A DNA stretch of 64,000 nt from a virus. The stretch lies in IMG/VR virus record IMGVR_UViG_3300020469_000009; one strand, given 5' to 3'. Under the pieces are notes generated by a model that worked only from the letters and a program-made list of their open reading frames with translations, had not been told where the DNA came from and did no database searches. Below, one piece after another: positions 28,075 through 37,663 of this stretch. Position numbers and translations under genes: made by a program. Positions within the stretch are counted from its first letter, which is position 1. Each line of letters starts with the position of its first letter.

Positions 28075-28853
28075 TTTTACTCTCGGGTCCATGTCAACAT
28101 GAGTCAGTGGAACACAGTGACTTTATGTATAAAGAAATAGCTTCAACTATAGATATGGTTGGCTTAAAAAGAAAAGATGAACATTATTTTAAAGCATCTT
28201 TTGATAAAGCAAATCGTAGTTCAATACAAGGTAAAAGAGGTGTTGGATTAGAACAAACACTAGCTGATTTTGAACAATTGAAACGTCAAAATCCTTTTAT
28301 GAAAATTATTACTGATGTACATGAATGTTGGCAAGTTGAAGTCATAGCTGAAGTAGTTGATGCAATTCAAATACCAGCATTTTTATGTAGGCAAACTGAT
28401 TTATTAGTAGAAGCTGGTAAGACAGGATTACCTGTGAATATAAAAAAAGGACAATTCTTATCTTATGAAGAAGTACCAGGTGTACTTTCTAAAATGGACC
28501 CTGACGGTCAAGTATGGATTACTGAAAGAGGTACAACATTTGGTTATAATAATCTAGTTGTAGACTTTAGAGGATTAGAATATATGAAACAATTTAAAGA
28601 TGATAATCCTAATTTCAAAGTTATATTTGATGCAACACATTCAGTTCAACAACCAGGAGCTGGCAACGGCAAAAGTTTAGGTAAAAGAGAATTTGTAGCA
28701 CCTTTATCCAGAGCTGCTGCAGCAGTAGGTGTTGATGGTTTTTTTCATGAGGTACATGATGCTCCTGATAGAGCACCATCAGACGGACCTAATATGTTAA
28801 CACCAGGACAATATCATAATATACTAGAACAAATTTTAAATGTCGGTCATTAG
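28071..28853 (+). CDS. kdsA: KDO-8-phosphate synthase
   Basis: GPC..ES, KASFDKANRSS, QIPAFLCRQTDL, KKGQF, ERG..FGY, DATHSVQ.PG, SDG. Confidence 0.95.
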   Translation: MILLSGPCQHESVEHSDFMYKEIASTIDMVGLKRKDEHYFKASFDKANRSSIQGKRGVGLEQTLADFEQLKRQNPFMKIITDVHECWQVEVIAEVVDAIQIPAFLCRQTDLLVEAGKTGLPVNIKKGQFLSYEEVPGVLSKMDPDGQVWITERGTTFGYNNLVVDFRGLEYMKQFKDDNPNFKVIFDATHSVQQPGAGNGKSLGKREFVAPLSRAAAAVGVDGFFHEVHDAPDRAPSDGPNMLTPGQYHNILEQILNVGH

Positions 28854-29424
28854 TGAAAGCAACTCAACTCAGAGAAACTGGAATCTAGATAAAAAGATAC
28901 CTTTAAATGTGTATGAGGAAATATATGAAGCTCTCATAGGTGCACCTTCAAAACAAAACTTACCGTACTATAAAGTTCATATCATACAAAATAGAGACTT
29001 GCTTGAAAAAATACATGCAAACACTATGGGTTATTTTGATGAGCAAGGAATCATAAGACCTAATGACCAAGTGCTTGCTAACATGGTAATCGCTTTTGAA
29101 GCATATGAACAGGACAATATTAAGTTCTATGCAGATATGGATGAAGAGCAGTATAATTATGTAGTGAAAAGAGACCAACAAATGGCAGTAGGTATAGCAA
29201 GTGGATATGTAAATCTTATTGCACATCAAAATGGTTTAAAAACTGGCTATTGTGCATGTTATCAAGATGGTCATTTAAAAACTTTATTAAATGCTGATAA
29301 TGATATTATCTCATTACTAGGTGTAGGTTATCCTGATACTAGTAAAGATAAAAATGATTCTCATATTGGTGATTACAAGTATCTACCACAGCCACCAAAA
29401 AGAATTAAGGTGGTACATAAATAA
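28840..29424 (+). CDS. Nitroreductase-family protein
   Basis: QRNW, APSKQN, GIASG...L.A...GL.TG.C, LGVGY. Confidence 0.75.
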   Translation: MSVISESNSTQRNWNLDKKIPLNVYEEIYEALIGAPSKQNLPYYKVHIIQNRDLLEKIHANTMGYFDEQGIIRPNDQVLANMVIAFEAYEQDNIKFYADMDEEQYNYVVKRDQQMAVGIASGYVNLIAHQNGLKTGYCACYQDGHLKTLLNADNDIISLLGVGYPDTSKDKNDSHIGDYKYLPQPPKRIKVVHK

Positions 29425-29909
29425 TGTCAACACAACACGAACAAATGATAATTGCTGATAGTCTTAATTATGAAGTAAGAAACTTTCGTAAAAAAACTCA
29501 GTATTCTTGGAATTGGTCTTGTCAAGTTTGTGGTGATAGTGCTACAAACCAACGCAAGGCTAGGTTCTGGGTAGATGCTAAAGAAGGTTCTTTAGTTTGT
29601 CATTGTTTCAATTGTGGATATAGTTCTGGATTTATTGGATATATAAAAGACTATCATCCTACTCACTATGAGAGATTTAAAAAAGATACAGTACAAATAA
29701 ATGCTCCTGTCAATTTTGACCTTGATGGGTTATTTACTAAAAAAGGTATTGAAAAAGATGACCTTGCAAAACTATTTTTTGTTGATAAGTATTCTGATCC
29801 AAAGCAATGGGCAAAAATACTTATGGACAAAAAAATCAGACTATCTAGGTATAATCTAGATATATTAATTAACTTACACAAAGAGCACCATGCAAAAAGA
29901 ATCAGTTAA
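29424..29909 (+). CDS. Stand-alone T4 gp61-like primase zinc-binding domain
   Basis: CQVCGDS...KAR.W...CHCFNCG; no TOPRIM domain follows. Confidence 0.65.
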   Translation: MSTQHEQMIIADSLNYEVRNFRKKTQYSWNWSCQVCGDSATNQRKARFWVDAKEGSLVCHCFNCGYSSGFIGYIKDYHPTHYERFKKDTVQINAPVNFDLDGLFTKKGIEKDDLAKLFFVDKYSDPKQWAKILMDKKIRLSRYNLDILINLHKEHHAKRIS

Positions 29910-30174
29910 AGTACTTAATGAATGTATTGATTTACAACTAGCTAAATCTAAAGACTATCAAAATCCAAAATCAAATATTAAACAAGCTATGCATTATAGA
30001 CGTGGCGTTGATACTATACATGATATGATACATCAAAAGCTTTTGCGTGCACAGTCATTACTAGAAGCTGATGGTGATGTAAAGTTTGAATCACTAGAAG
30101 ATACATATAAAGATATGATTAACTATTGCTCATTTGCTGTATCATATATGAGAGGAAAAATGGATGGACAATAA
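29890..30174 (+). CDS. Nucleotide-modification-associated domain (Nmad1/DUF1599-like)
   Basis: L...K..DY, K..R, ES.EDT..D.INY. Confidence 0.6.
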   Translation: MQKESVKVLNECIDLQLAKSKDYQNPKSNIKQAMHYRRGVDTIHDMIHQKLLRAQSLLEADGDVKFESLEDTYKDMINYCSFAVSYMRGKMDGQ

Positions 30175-30334
30175 ACAAACATTAAGAATAGAAATACTAG
30201 AAGAAGAAATCAAATATTTCGAAACATTAATAGAACCACATGATTGTGGTTTCATACATACTACTATATCTTTTTTAAAAGATAGAATTGAAAACTTAAA
30301 AGGTAATAAAGATGGCTGGCCATTCAAAAAATAA
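30164..30334 (+). CDS. Small hypothetical protein (MDNKQTLRIE...HDCGFIHT)
   Basis: Manual translation; fills the gap and overlaps both neighbours. Confidence 0.5.
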   Translation: MDNKQTLRIEILEEEIKYFETLIEPHDCGFIHTTISFLKDRIENLKGNKDGWPFKK

Positions 30335-30656
30335 GATAGAATATAAGTTCAATGAAAAGAATCTTATAGATGATTTACAAAGCTATATTGACAAAACATA
30401 TAGTGGACATTATTCTAAAAATAAATTTCAAAGCACAGAATTTATTATTGATTGTGGCCATGGTATGGGTTTTTCACTTGGCAATGTATTAAAGTATGCA
30501 CAAAGGTATGGTAAAAAAGACGGTAAGAATAGAGCTGATATATTAAAGATATTACATTATGCTTTGATAGCTTTACACCAACATGATTTGGACATTGATG
30601 AAATAAAACAAAACGTAAAGAATATACCTTTAGAAAAAATGGGAATGAGAGGCTAA
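30312..30656 (+). CDS. DUF3310-like protein
   Basis: HY, GF..GN.LKY..RYGKK.G...D..K..HY. Confidence 0.7.
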   Translation: MAGHSKNKIEYKFNEKNLIDDLQSYIDKTYSGHYSKNKFQSTEFIIDCGHGMGFSLGNVLKYAQRYGKKDGKNRADILKILHYALIALHQHDLDIDEIKQNVKNIPLEKMGMRG

Positions 30657-30659
30657 AAG

Positions 30660-31070
30660 ATGAGTATCTTTAAAGACATGAATAATATGCATATGAAGTA
30701 TATGGTGCCAGTTGTGGTCAACCGTATGAATCCAGATATGCTACAAAAGTTTATAGCATTTAGACTTGAATGCTGCCAAGAAGAATTAGATGAAACTAAA
30801 AATGCATTGGACAATAGAGACAAAGAAGAAATTGTTGATGGTCTTATTGACCTTATCGTATTTGCTGCTGGCACACTTGATATACTTAAAGTTGATGGTC
30901 AAAAAGCCTGGGAAGAAGTATACAAAGCAAATATGAATAAGCAAGTTGGCATTAAACCAGAACGTCCTAATCCTTATGGATTACCAGACTTAATTAAACC
31001 AGATAATTGGGAGGCACCTACTCATGGCGAAAATACTGGAATTCTCGGCAAAGTCTTTAGCAAAGACTGA
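30660..31070 (+). CDS. MazG-like all-alpha NTP pyrophosphatase
   Basis: EELDE, E.VDGLID, V..ANM.K, KP..W..P. Confidence 0.8.
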   Translation: MSIFKDMNNMHMKYMVPVVVNRMNPDMLQKFIAFRLECCQEELDETKNALDNRDKEEIVDGLIDLIVFAAGTLDILKVDGQKAWEEVYKANMNKQVGIKPERPNPYGLPDLIKPDNWEAPTHGENTGILGKVFSKD

Positions 31071-31770
31071 TTTACACCCTAAAGTTTCTGATGTAAAGTC
31101 TCACTTTATAAGTGAACTTACTAATGAAAAGTTTACCGTTGATAGAAGTGGTTCAAAAACTATAGAATTAATTGGTGCTTCTTTTATAGCTGATGAACCC
31201 GCTATCTTCGGTAAACCCAATCAATCTTATATAGACTATGAAATACAGTGGTATGATTCTATGTCAACTAACGTCTATGACATCTATGGTGAACTTGGTA
31301 AAGAAGGTGATGGTGTTAATTCTCCACCAGCCGCTTGGCTAGCTACAGCTAATCAATGGGGTGAAATCAATTCAAACTATGGTCATCTTATATTTGATAC
31401 AAAATATCACAATCAATATGATTCTGTTTTTCAAGAGCTACAAGCAAACCCAGACTCTCGTAGAGCATGTATGATTTACAATCGTCCAAGTATACAAGTT
31501 GAGTATGATGAAAATGGTAAGAATGATTTTATATGTACTAATGCTGTGACATATTATATTCGTGATAACCAACTACATTGTGTTGTTCAAATGCGTTCCA
31601 ATGATGTTATCTTTGGCTATCGTAATGATTATGCTTGGCAAAAAGAAATACAAACTAGATTGCATGAAGACCTAAGTAATGCCGGTATTGAAGACCTTAA
31701 GATTGGTCAGATGATATGGCAAGTTCAAAACTTACATGTCTATGAAAGACACTTTGATTTAGTCAAATAA
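31024..31770 (+). CDS. dCMP hydroxymethylase (T4 gp42-like, thymidylate synthase fold)
   Basis: G.INSNYG, DFICTN.V.Y.IRD, MRSND..FG.RNDYAW (Asp at the TS Asn177 position), LHVYERHF. Confidence 0.85.
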   Translation: MAKILEFSAKSLAKTDLHPKVSDVKSHFISELTNEKFTVDRSGSKTIELIGASFIADEPAIFGKPNQSYIDYEIQWYDSMSTNVYDIYGELGKEGDGVNSPPAAWLATANQWGEINSNYGHLIFDTKYHNQYDSVFQELQANPDSRRACMIYNRPSIQVEYDENGKNDFICTNAVTYYIRDNQLHCVVQMRSNDVIFGYRNDYAWQKEIQTRLHEDLSNAGIEDLKIGQMIWQVQNLHVYERHFDLVK

Positions 31771-31920
31771 ATATACTATGGCAGATAAAATGCTTTACAT
31801 GAAGATGAGTAATGGCGATTACATTTATGGTTCTAATCTGGACATCGGTAAATACTCAGTAAAATTTGATCCACCACTTGAATGTGTAGAAGAATATGAC
31901 TTTAAATTCATTGGAAAGAA

Positions 31921-33078
31921 ATGACTAAAGTAGCTTTTATAGGTGCAGGAAAATTAGGTGGTCCAGTCTCAGAAATTATGTCGGAACACTATGAAGTAAA
32001 AGTGCACGACCCCAAACTCAACACTGATATGAAAGAGGTTTGCGAAGATGCAGACATAATCTTTGTTGCTGTTCCGACACCTCATCAACCTGCATACGGC
32101 GGTGATAAACCTACATACAATTTACCAGCTACAGACTTTAATTATGAAATACTAAAAGATGTATTAATTGATTTGAATGACTATGCAAGAGAAGATGCTT
32201 TAGTTGCAGTTATATCTACAGTATTACCAACCACATTTAGAAAACAACTTATTGACATACCAAAAAAATATAGATTAGTTTACAATCCATACTTAATAGC
32301 AATGGGTACAGTAAAAGAAGACTTTTTAAATCCAGAAATGATGATTGCTGGTGGAGACCCAGGTGATAGGGCTGAACTTATAGCATTCTATCAAGAAATT
32401 ATTACAACACCAGTAAGATGGGAAACAGGTACCTTTGAAGAAGCTGAATGTATCAAAGTTTTTTACAATACATTTATATCTATGAAAATATCTTTTGTGA
32501 ATATGATACAAGATATTGCTATGGAAATAGGTAATATGGATGCTAATATAGTATGTAATGCATTAGCTAAATCAAATATAAGAATTACATCAGAAAAATA
32601 TATGAGACCAGGACTTGGAGATGGTGGTCCATGCCACCCAAGAGATAATATTGCATTACGTAAACTAGCTGAAGATGTTAAATTAAAGTATGATTTGTTT
32701 GCATCAATAATGGAAGCAAGAGATTTTCAAGCTAAACGTATGTCAGAATATTTAGAAACATTTCAAATGCCAATTGTCATATTAGACTTTGGATTTAAAA
32801 TGGAATCAGATTTAACAGATGGTTCACCATCTTTGTTAGTAAGTTCTTTTATAGAAGAAGAAGAGCCGGATATGTTTAACAATCCGGATGTAAAGTATGA
32901 TACGTATCTTAGCTCACCGGCTGTTTATTTAGCAAGCCGAGGACCTAATCAAAACATGATAGATAATGTAGCTCATGGTTCAATAATAGTAGACCCGTGG
33001 GGAGATGACACAAGCGAGTTAGAGGTACCTGAATCAATTAAGATTATCAGATACGGTACCCAAGAATGTTTCCATTAA
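31921..33078 (+). CDS. ugd: UDP-glucose/GDP-mannose 6-dehydrogenase family
   Basis: GAGKLG, VAVPTP, STV.P, NP, E..K...N, GDGGPCHPRD. Confidence 0.85.
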   Translation: MTKVAFIGAGKLGGPVSEIMSEHYEVKVHDPKLNTDMKEVCEDADIIFVAVPTPHQPAYGGDKPTYNLPATDFNYEILKDVLIDLNDYAREDALVAVISTVLPTTFRKQLIDIPKKYRLVYNPYLIAMGTVKEDFLNPEMMIAGGDPGDRAELIAFYQEIITTPVRWETGTFEEAECIKVFYNTFISMKISFVNMIQDIAMEIGNMDANIVCNALAKSNIRITSEKYMRPGLGDGGPCHPRDNIALRKLAEDVKLKYDLFASIMEARDFQAKRMSEYLETFQMPIVILDFGFKMESDLTDGSPSLLVSSFIEEEEPDMFNNPDVKYDTYLSSPAVYLASRGPNQNMIDNVAHGSIIVDPWGDDTSELEVPESIKIIRYGTQECFH

Positions 33079-34109
33079 AAATATCTAACAATTATCAACA
33101 ACCATCAAGTTCGATATGGCAGCCTCTACTAGAGACTCTAAGAGAGAAGAAAGCTGTATATTGTTTTGAATATATGGGTGGTATGCATAAAGATAATTTA
33201 AAAGTTGCTAAAGACTTTTGGGAAGAACACTATGATAAAGACGGATATAAGATATTCAATATTGGTTTGGAACCTTGGTTTCAACAGTGGTTTCCATTAA
33301 AAGATGAATATCCATTTGATAAATGTACTTGGTGGCATTCACATGCTGGTCCACTCACTATGAACAATTGGATATATGCTCCATATTGGAAAAAGTCTGT
33401 AGATTGTACATTAGAACATGACCCATATAAACCAGTGCATCATAGAGTTGGAGCTGCATTGGTATCAAATCAAAAACAAAGAATGTTTACTTGGAATCGT
33501 AGACCACATCCTTGGAGAGTTGCTATGATACAAGGACTCTTAGAGAGAAACTTAGAGATGGAAATACGTATGCCACATCATAATGAAGAACCTGAAAGGC
33601 CTGGTGCTTTTAAACCACTGAAAGAACTCATACCACAGTGGGGTAAGTACAAACAAAGGATTACAAATGAAGGTGTTGATATTGAACCTGGTGAGAATGG
33701 AGCATTAAAAAACTCTTGGGAAGGAAGATGTGAACATACCTTTGAGGTGATATCAGAAACTACAGTTGAACGTGGTGGATTAGTCACCTTTGCTAGTGAA
33801 AAGACATTTAGAGCTTTAAGGTCTGGTAATCTATTCTTAGTGTGGGGACAACAAGGCCATGCTGCAAATTTAAGAACAAGAGGATGGAAATTATTTGAAA
33901 AATATATCAATTATGAGTATGATTTAATAGAGAATAATAAACTTCGTTTACAAAAGTTTTTAGATGAAGTTGAACGTATCTATAATATGTCAGATGATGA
34001 CTATGAAGATATGTGGAGTAATACGTATAAAGATAGAAAACATAACCAAGAGTATTCCTTACATTGGAATGCTTCAATAGATAGGTGGATGAATGAAGAA
34101 GCTCGGTAA
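33066..34109 (+). CDS. Putative glycosyltransferase-like protein
   Basis: C-terminal ISET...F.SEKT.R....F...G....L...G...F..YD pattern; follows ugd. Confidence 0.5.
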   Translation: MFPLKISNNYQQPSSSIWQPLLETLREKKAVYCFEYMGGMHKDNLKVAKDFWEEHYDKDGYKIFNIGLEPWFQQWFPLKDEYPFDKCTWWHSHAGPLTMNNWIYAPYWKKSVDCTLEHDPYKPVHHRVGAALVSNQKQRMFTWNRRPHPWRVAMIQGLLERNLEMEIRMPHHNEEPERPGAFKPLKELIPQWGKYKQRITNEGVDIEPGENGALKNSWEGRCEHTFEVISETTVERGGLVTFASEKTFRALRSGNLFLVWGQQGHAANLRTRGWKLFEKYINYEYDLIENNKLRLQKFLDEVERIYNMSDDDYEDMWSNTYKDRKHNQEYSLHWNASIDRWMNEEAR

Positions 34110-35331
34110 AATGAAAGGAACTGGTAAGAAGACATTACCACTTGGACAGTATGCCTGGGTCATAGGTAATGGTGTGACACGTCAGGGTAAAGATATGAAG
34201 AAGCTCAAAGACTATGGTATCTTATATGCTTGCAATTGGTTCTATAAAAAAGAATTTGCACCACATGTCTTAGTGGCATCTGATGAACCTATGACAAGAA
34301 CAATATTAAAGACAACACCAGGCTGGCCAAGAAACAATTGGTTCTATACTTGGTTTCCTAAACCTGGGTCTGGTGCAAAGAAGATACCCACACCAGAGAA
34401 GTTTGCAGCTGGTCCATCAGCCTGTTATATTGCGGCTAAAGTCCATCAACATAAGAAGATATTTCTGATTGGTAATGATTTCTTTGGAAAGGGTAGTACC
34501 TTTGATGTCAATAATCCAGATGATAATGGTATTATGAATAATCTATATGAGGGTGAGAAGCATTATGCTAAAGTAAAAGATGGTATGTTAAATGGAGCAC
34601 CAACATTTAGAAACTGGCAAAGACGATATCAATGGATTATTAAACAATTTCCTGATACTGAGTTCTATCATGTGGAACCTTTTGAAGGTAAGAGTCCACC
34701 AAGAATGATTGGCTTTGATAACTTTCATCAAATTACTTGGGATAATCTTATGGACCATATTGATAATGATGCAGAACTTATTGACATAAAGGTGATTACC
34801 GATGAGGATAAGGCCATTGCTTATAGTGATAACCCTGATGATATTAAAGCTGCAGTGGAAAGACAAATGGCTGGACAAGAAAATGTTATCTATCCTGACC
34901 TTATGCATGCCGAAGATGTATTGAAACTCAGAATACAAGCCAAACGTGAACAGCAAAAGCATGGAGATAAAGGTAAGGACATACTTTTAGAGTGTGATAT
35001 TAGTACACAGGCTGGACAATTTAAGATACAAGTACCCTGGATGGGAATGAAAACACCAGGAGGTGCCTATGTCTATCCCACCGATCAAGAGCAGCAGATG
35101 TTCTTTAATAAGGAACTTGAAGACCGTATGAGATTACGTATGGCCTATACTGGTAGTGAAAATGCCTTAAACGGTTTGCCCCGCGCAATAGTTCCCGAGG
35201 AGGCTTCGAAACCTAAAGACATATTCTTAACAGCTCCGCCTCCACCGAATATCCCAGGAGCACAGCCGATTATACCGTTTGAAGATAATGATACACAGAA
35301 ATCGGTATTACCACCACCACCAATCATATAA
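34093..35331 (+). CDS. Maf/DUF115 (sialyltransferase-like fold) protein with Pro-rich tail
   Basis: VIGNG..R, YACN, LV..D, IFLIG.DF. Confidence 0.55.
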   Translation: MKKLGKMKGTGKKTLPLGQYAWVIGNGVTRQGKDMKKLKDYGILYACNWFYKKEFAPHVLVASDEPMTRTILKTTPGWPRNNWFYTWFPKPGSGAKKIPTPEKFAAGPSACYIAAKVHQHKKIFLIGNDFFGKGSTFDVNNPDDNGIMNNLYEGEKHYAKVKDGMLNGAPTFRNWQRRYQWIIKQFPDTEFYHVEPFEGKSPPRMIGFDNFHQITWDNLMDHIDNDAELIDIKVITDEDKAIAYSDNPDDIKAAVERQMAGQENVIYPDLMHAEDVLKLRIQAKREQQKHGDKGKDILLECDISTQAGQFKIQVPWMGMKTPGGAYVYPTDQEQQMFFNKELEDRMRLRMAYTGSENALNGLPRAIVPEEASKPKDIFLTAPPPPNIPGAQPIIPFEDNDTQKSVLPPPPII

Positions 35332-35543
35332 TGAATCGAGATATAATTGAAAGCCTTATTGATATTGGCAGCGGATTTATATTAGCAATAGTAATCCAAT
35401 TGACAATCTTTCCATACTATAATATCAGTGTATCGATATTCGAAAACTTCCAAATTGCACTGATATTCCTCTTAGTATCATTAACACGTTCAGCATTATG
35501 GAGAAGATTCTTTAGAAAGAGGAAAGAGTTTACAAAACCGTAA
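35331..35543 (+). CDS. Small membrane protein
   Basis: ES..D.G.G; S..R....RR.F. Confidence 0.6.
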   Translation: MNRDIIESLIDIGSGFILAIVIQLTIFPYYNISVSIFENFQIALIFLLVSLTRSALWRRFFRKRKEFTKP

Positions 35544-35882
35544 CACAGATGAAACAAATCTGTCACAAACAGTATAAATTAAGTATGGCTAATATAATAA
35601 TCAATACAATGATACTCCTCAGTCTACCATTCGGTATCTATGGGTTCTATATACTACTAGGCGATAAGCTTGATAACTTAATGAAAGCATCACGAATACA
35701 CAGAGTAGTAAACAACTTTATCAAATAAAAATTTCTTCCGGAAAAATTTTAAGGCTATCGTACCGTGAAAGGTCTAGTCACAGAGAACTGCTAGGCACTA
35801 CGCAAATGAGATCAAAGTCTCTGCGTGATTGCAGATTATACCTAGCTCACTGAGTATCGTTGCTGACGGTCGTCTCTGTCCC

Positions 35883-36401
35883 TTATTCGCCTATCTCAGA
35901 CACCAATCTCTCATTGATGTCCATGATTTCATCCCTGATATTATTAAGGGACTTACGCTTTGCGCCTGGTTTACTATTGATATCTTTAGCGATTTCGTCA
36001 AATGTATACCCTTCTGTACGCATACGGACTAGGCTCTGCTCATATTCGTTTAATTTACTAAACTCTTGAAGAGCATGAAAGGCGTCCATACTGTGTTCGT
36101 AGCCATTATCTGGAGCCCACTCTTCTGGTACTGTGGTATTATCCCATTTCCAGAAAGGGTCAACTGTATTCTGTATCTTCTTACGTATATAGAACCAAGC
36201 ATATGTCGTAAAGGATGCGCCCTTGCTATGATCGAACTTTTCCCATGCTTCACAGATACCCATATAGCCGTCCTGCATAAGGTCTTCGTATATGTGATAA
36301 TGATTACGTGTATATTTACGTGCGAACTTACGCACAACCGGTGTCATAACCTTAACGGCCTCGTCTAGAGTGTTAGGCTGCTTATATCCTGATTTTGCCA
36401 T
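35883..36401 (-). CDS. Sigma-70 family RNA polymerase sigma factor (regions 2 and 4 only)
   Basis: EDL.Q.G..G..EA.EKFD.SKG..F.TYA...IR; L...E...G.TF.EIA. Confidence 0.85.
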   Translation of the reverse strand: MAKSGYKQPNTLDEAVKVMTPVVRKFARKYTRNHYHIYEDLMQDGYMGICEAWEKFDHSKGASFTTYAWFYIRKKIQNTVDPFWKWDNTTVPEEWAPDNGYEHSMDAFHALQEFSKLNEYEQSLVRMRTEGYTFDEIAKDINSKPGAKRKSLNNIRDEIMDINERLVSEIGE

Positions 36402-36513
36402 TATATATTGTCTCCAAAAATGTCTTTAGTGTGTAGGTAAAGGGCAACACAAGCACAATAGATTGTGAAACCCATAAGGGGAAATAGAACCCAGTATAAG
36501 ATTGCTTCTAACA

Positions 36514-36702
36514 TTATATGATACCTATTTCAGATGCAGTCTCAGCTTCTTGGTTAAAGATACCGGCAGCATCTTCGCCATACATATCTAGGAAGGCATC
36601 CTTAGCATCCATTAATGTAAAGTACTTTTTATCCGCATAATCAGATATAAAGTCTTGTGCTCTTTCGCTTAGTTCTAAATAAAGGTTTCCCATTTTACTC
36701 AT
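36514..36702 (-). CDS. Hypothetical early protein
   Basis: AGGAG SD behind early promoter copy 3. Confidence 0.6.
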   Translation of the reverse strand: MSKMGNLYLELSERAQDFISDYADKKYFTLMDAKDAFLDMYGEDAAGIFNQEAETASEIGII

Positions 36703-36714
36703 ATTATTTCTCCT

Positions 36715-36835
36715 GTTTTAATTAATTATAGGTACATTCTATCACAGTTCTACCCCATTGTAAAGGTTTTTTTTCAAATTATTTCCATGTTTACTATAGT
36801 TTAAACCATTGATAACACAACTATATGCAAAAAAG
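36715..36835 (-). promoter_or_regulatory. Early promoter module, copy 3
   Basis: TTTACA (36764-36759)-17 nt-TAGAAT (36741-36736) plus upstream block. Confidence 0.8.
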
Positions 36836-36976
36836 TTTACTGCATATAACAGAAAGATAGGCACGAAAGTGCTCAGAACTCGAGCTCGCACACTTAAGTT
36901 GCAATTCTCTGAGATGTTCTGATCGTATAGAGGTCGCAGCTGCATTGTTTTTTTCATTGATTTAATCGCAAGGATT

Positions 36977-37282
36977 TTACGAGAAAAGCGCTAGGACATC
37001 AGCGATTATCATACAGACCGCAATGAATCCCATTATGAGTACAGTTCCGACTACTACGAGTAGACCTTTCATTACACTGATATTGTTATATGTGTATGTC
37101 TCCTCATTTGGTAGTTTATGCTTTATCCACTTTTCTGAATCGTTTACTGAATACTTGTTTGGTACTCCGAATATCGTACCATATCCTTTACTCATGTTAT
37201 ATACCGCTTTCGCTAAATCACTATCACTCATCGGTGCCGCCTCCTCGAAAACACGGCTCGCGCCATGTGTTTTTTTACTCAT
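36977..37282 (-). CDS. Hypothetical protein with C-terminal TM
   Basis: ORF track; hydrophobic C-terminus. Confidence 0.45.
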   Translation of the reverse strand: MSKKTHGASRVFEEAAPMSDSDLAKAVYNMSKGYGTIFGVPNKYSVNDSEKWIKHKLPNEETYTYNNISVMKGLLVVVGTVLIMGFIAVCMIIADVLALFS

Positions 37283-37339
37283 GCTGGTGGTCCATTCATG
37301 AAAATCAGGAGTGTACCGAGATAAAGTATCAATAATAAC

Positions 37340-37663
37340 TCAAGTGGGGTCATACATCTGATAGGTTAATGTCAGTTCTTCTCCTGCGTTTATCTTACAT
37401 TTTGTCCATAGATACTTACATTCATAAATATCGATGACTTCATCAGTCTGTTCTAATGTTCCTATTTTTAAGATACAGTTAGAATTTTCAGGCTCATGAT
37501 TGACAAAACCTCCTAATGGCGTTCTGATTAATTTACTATCCAACAATACATGTGTCACGCCTAAACATATATTTGCTTCGATATCTGCCACAGCCATAAG
37601 ACCCAAGCCATGTATTACTGACTTGCCAATTGTTAATCTGTCATCTAAGGGCTTATATGTCAA
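37340..37663 (-). CDS. SET-domain protein (lysine methyltransferase-like)
   Basis: S.IHGLGL.A, GGFVNH....NC, GEELTL.Y. Confidence 0.85.
   Translation of the reverse strand: MTYKPLDDRLTIGKSVIHGLGLMAVADIEANICLGVTHVLLDSKLIRTPLGGFVNHEPENSNCILKIGTLEQTDEVIDIYECKYLWTKCKINAGEELTLTYQMYDPT

Noticed and set aside
31024-31770. Ordinary thymidylate synthase thyA
   Set aside because: The specificity residue is Asp and the motifs match gp42-type enzymes.
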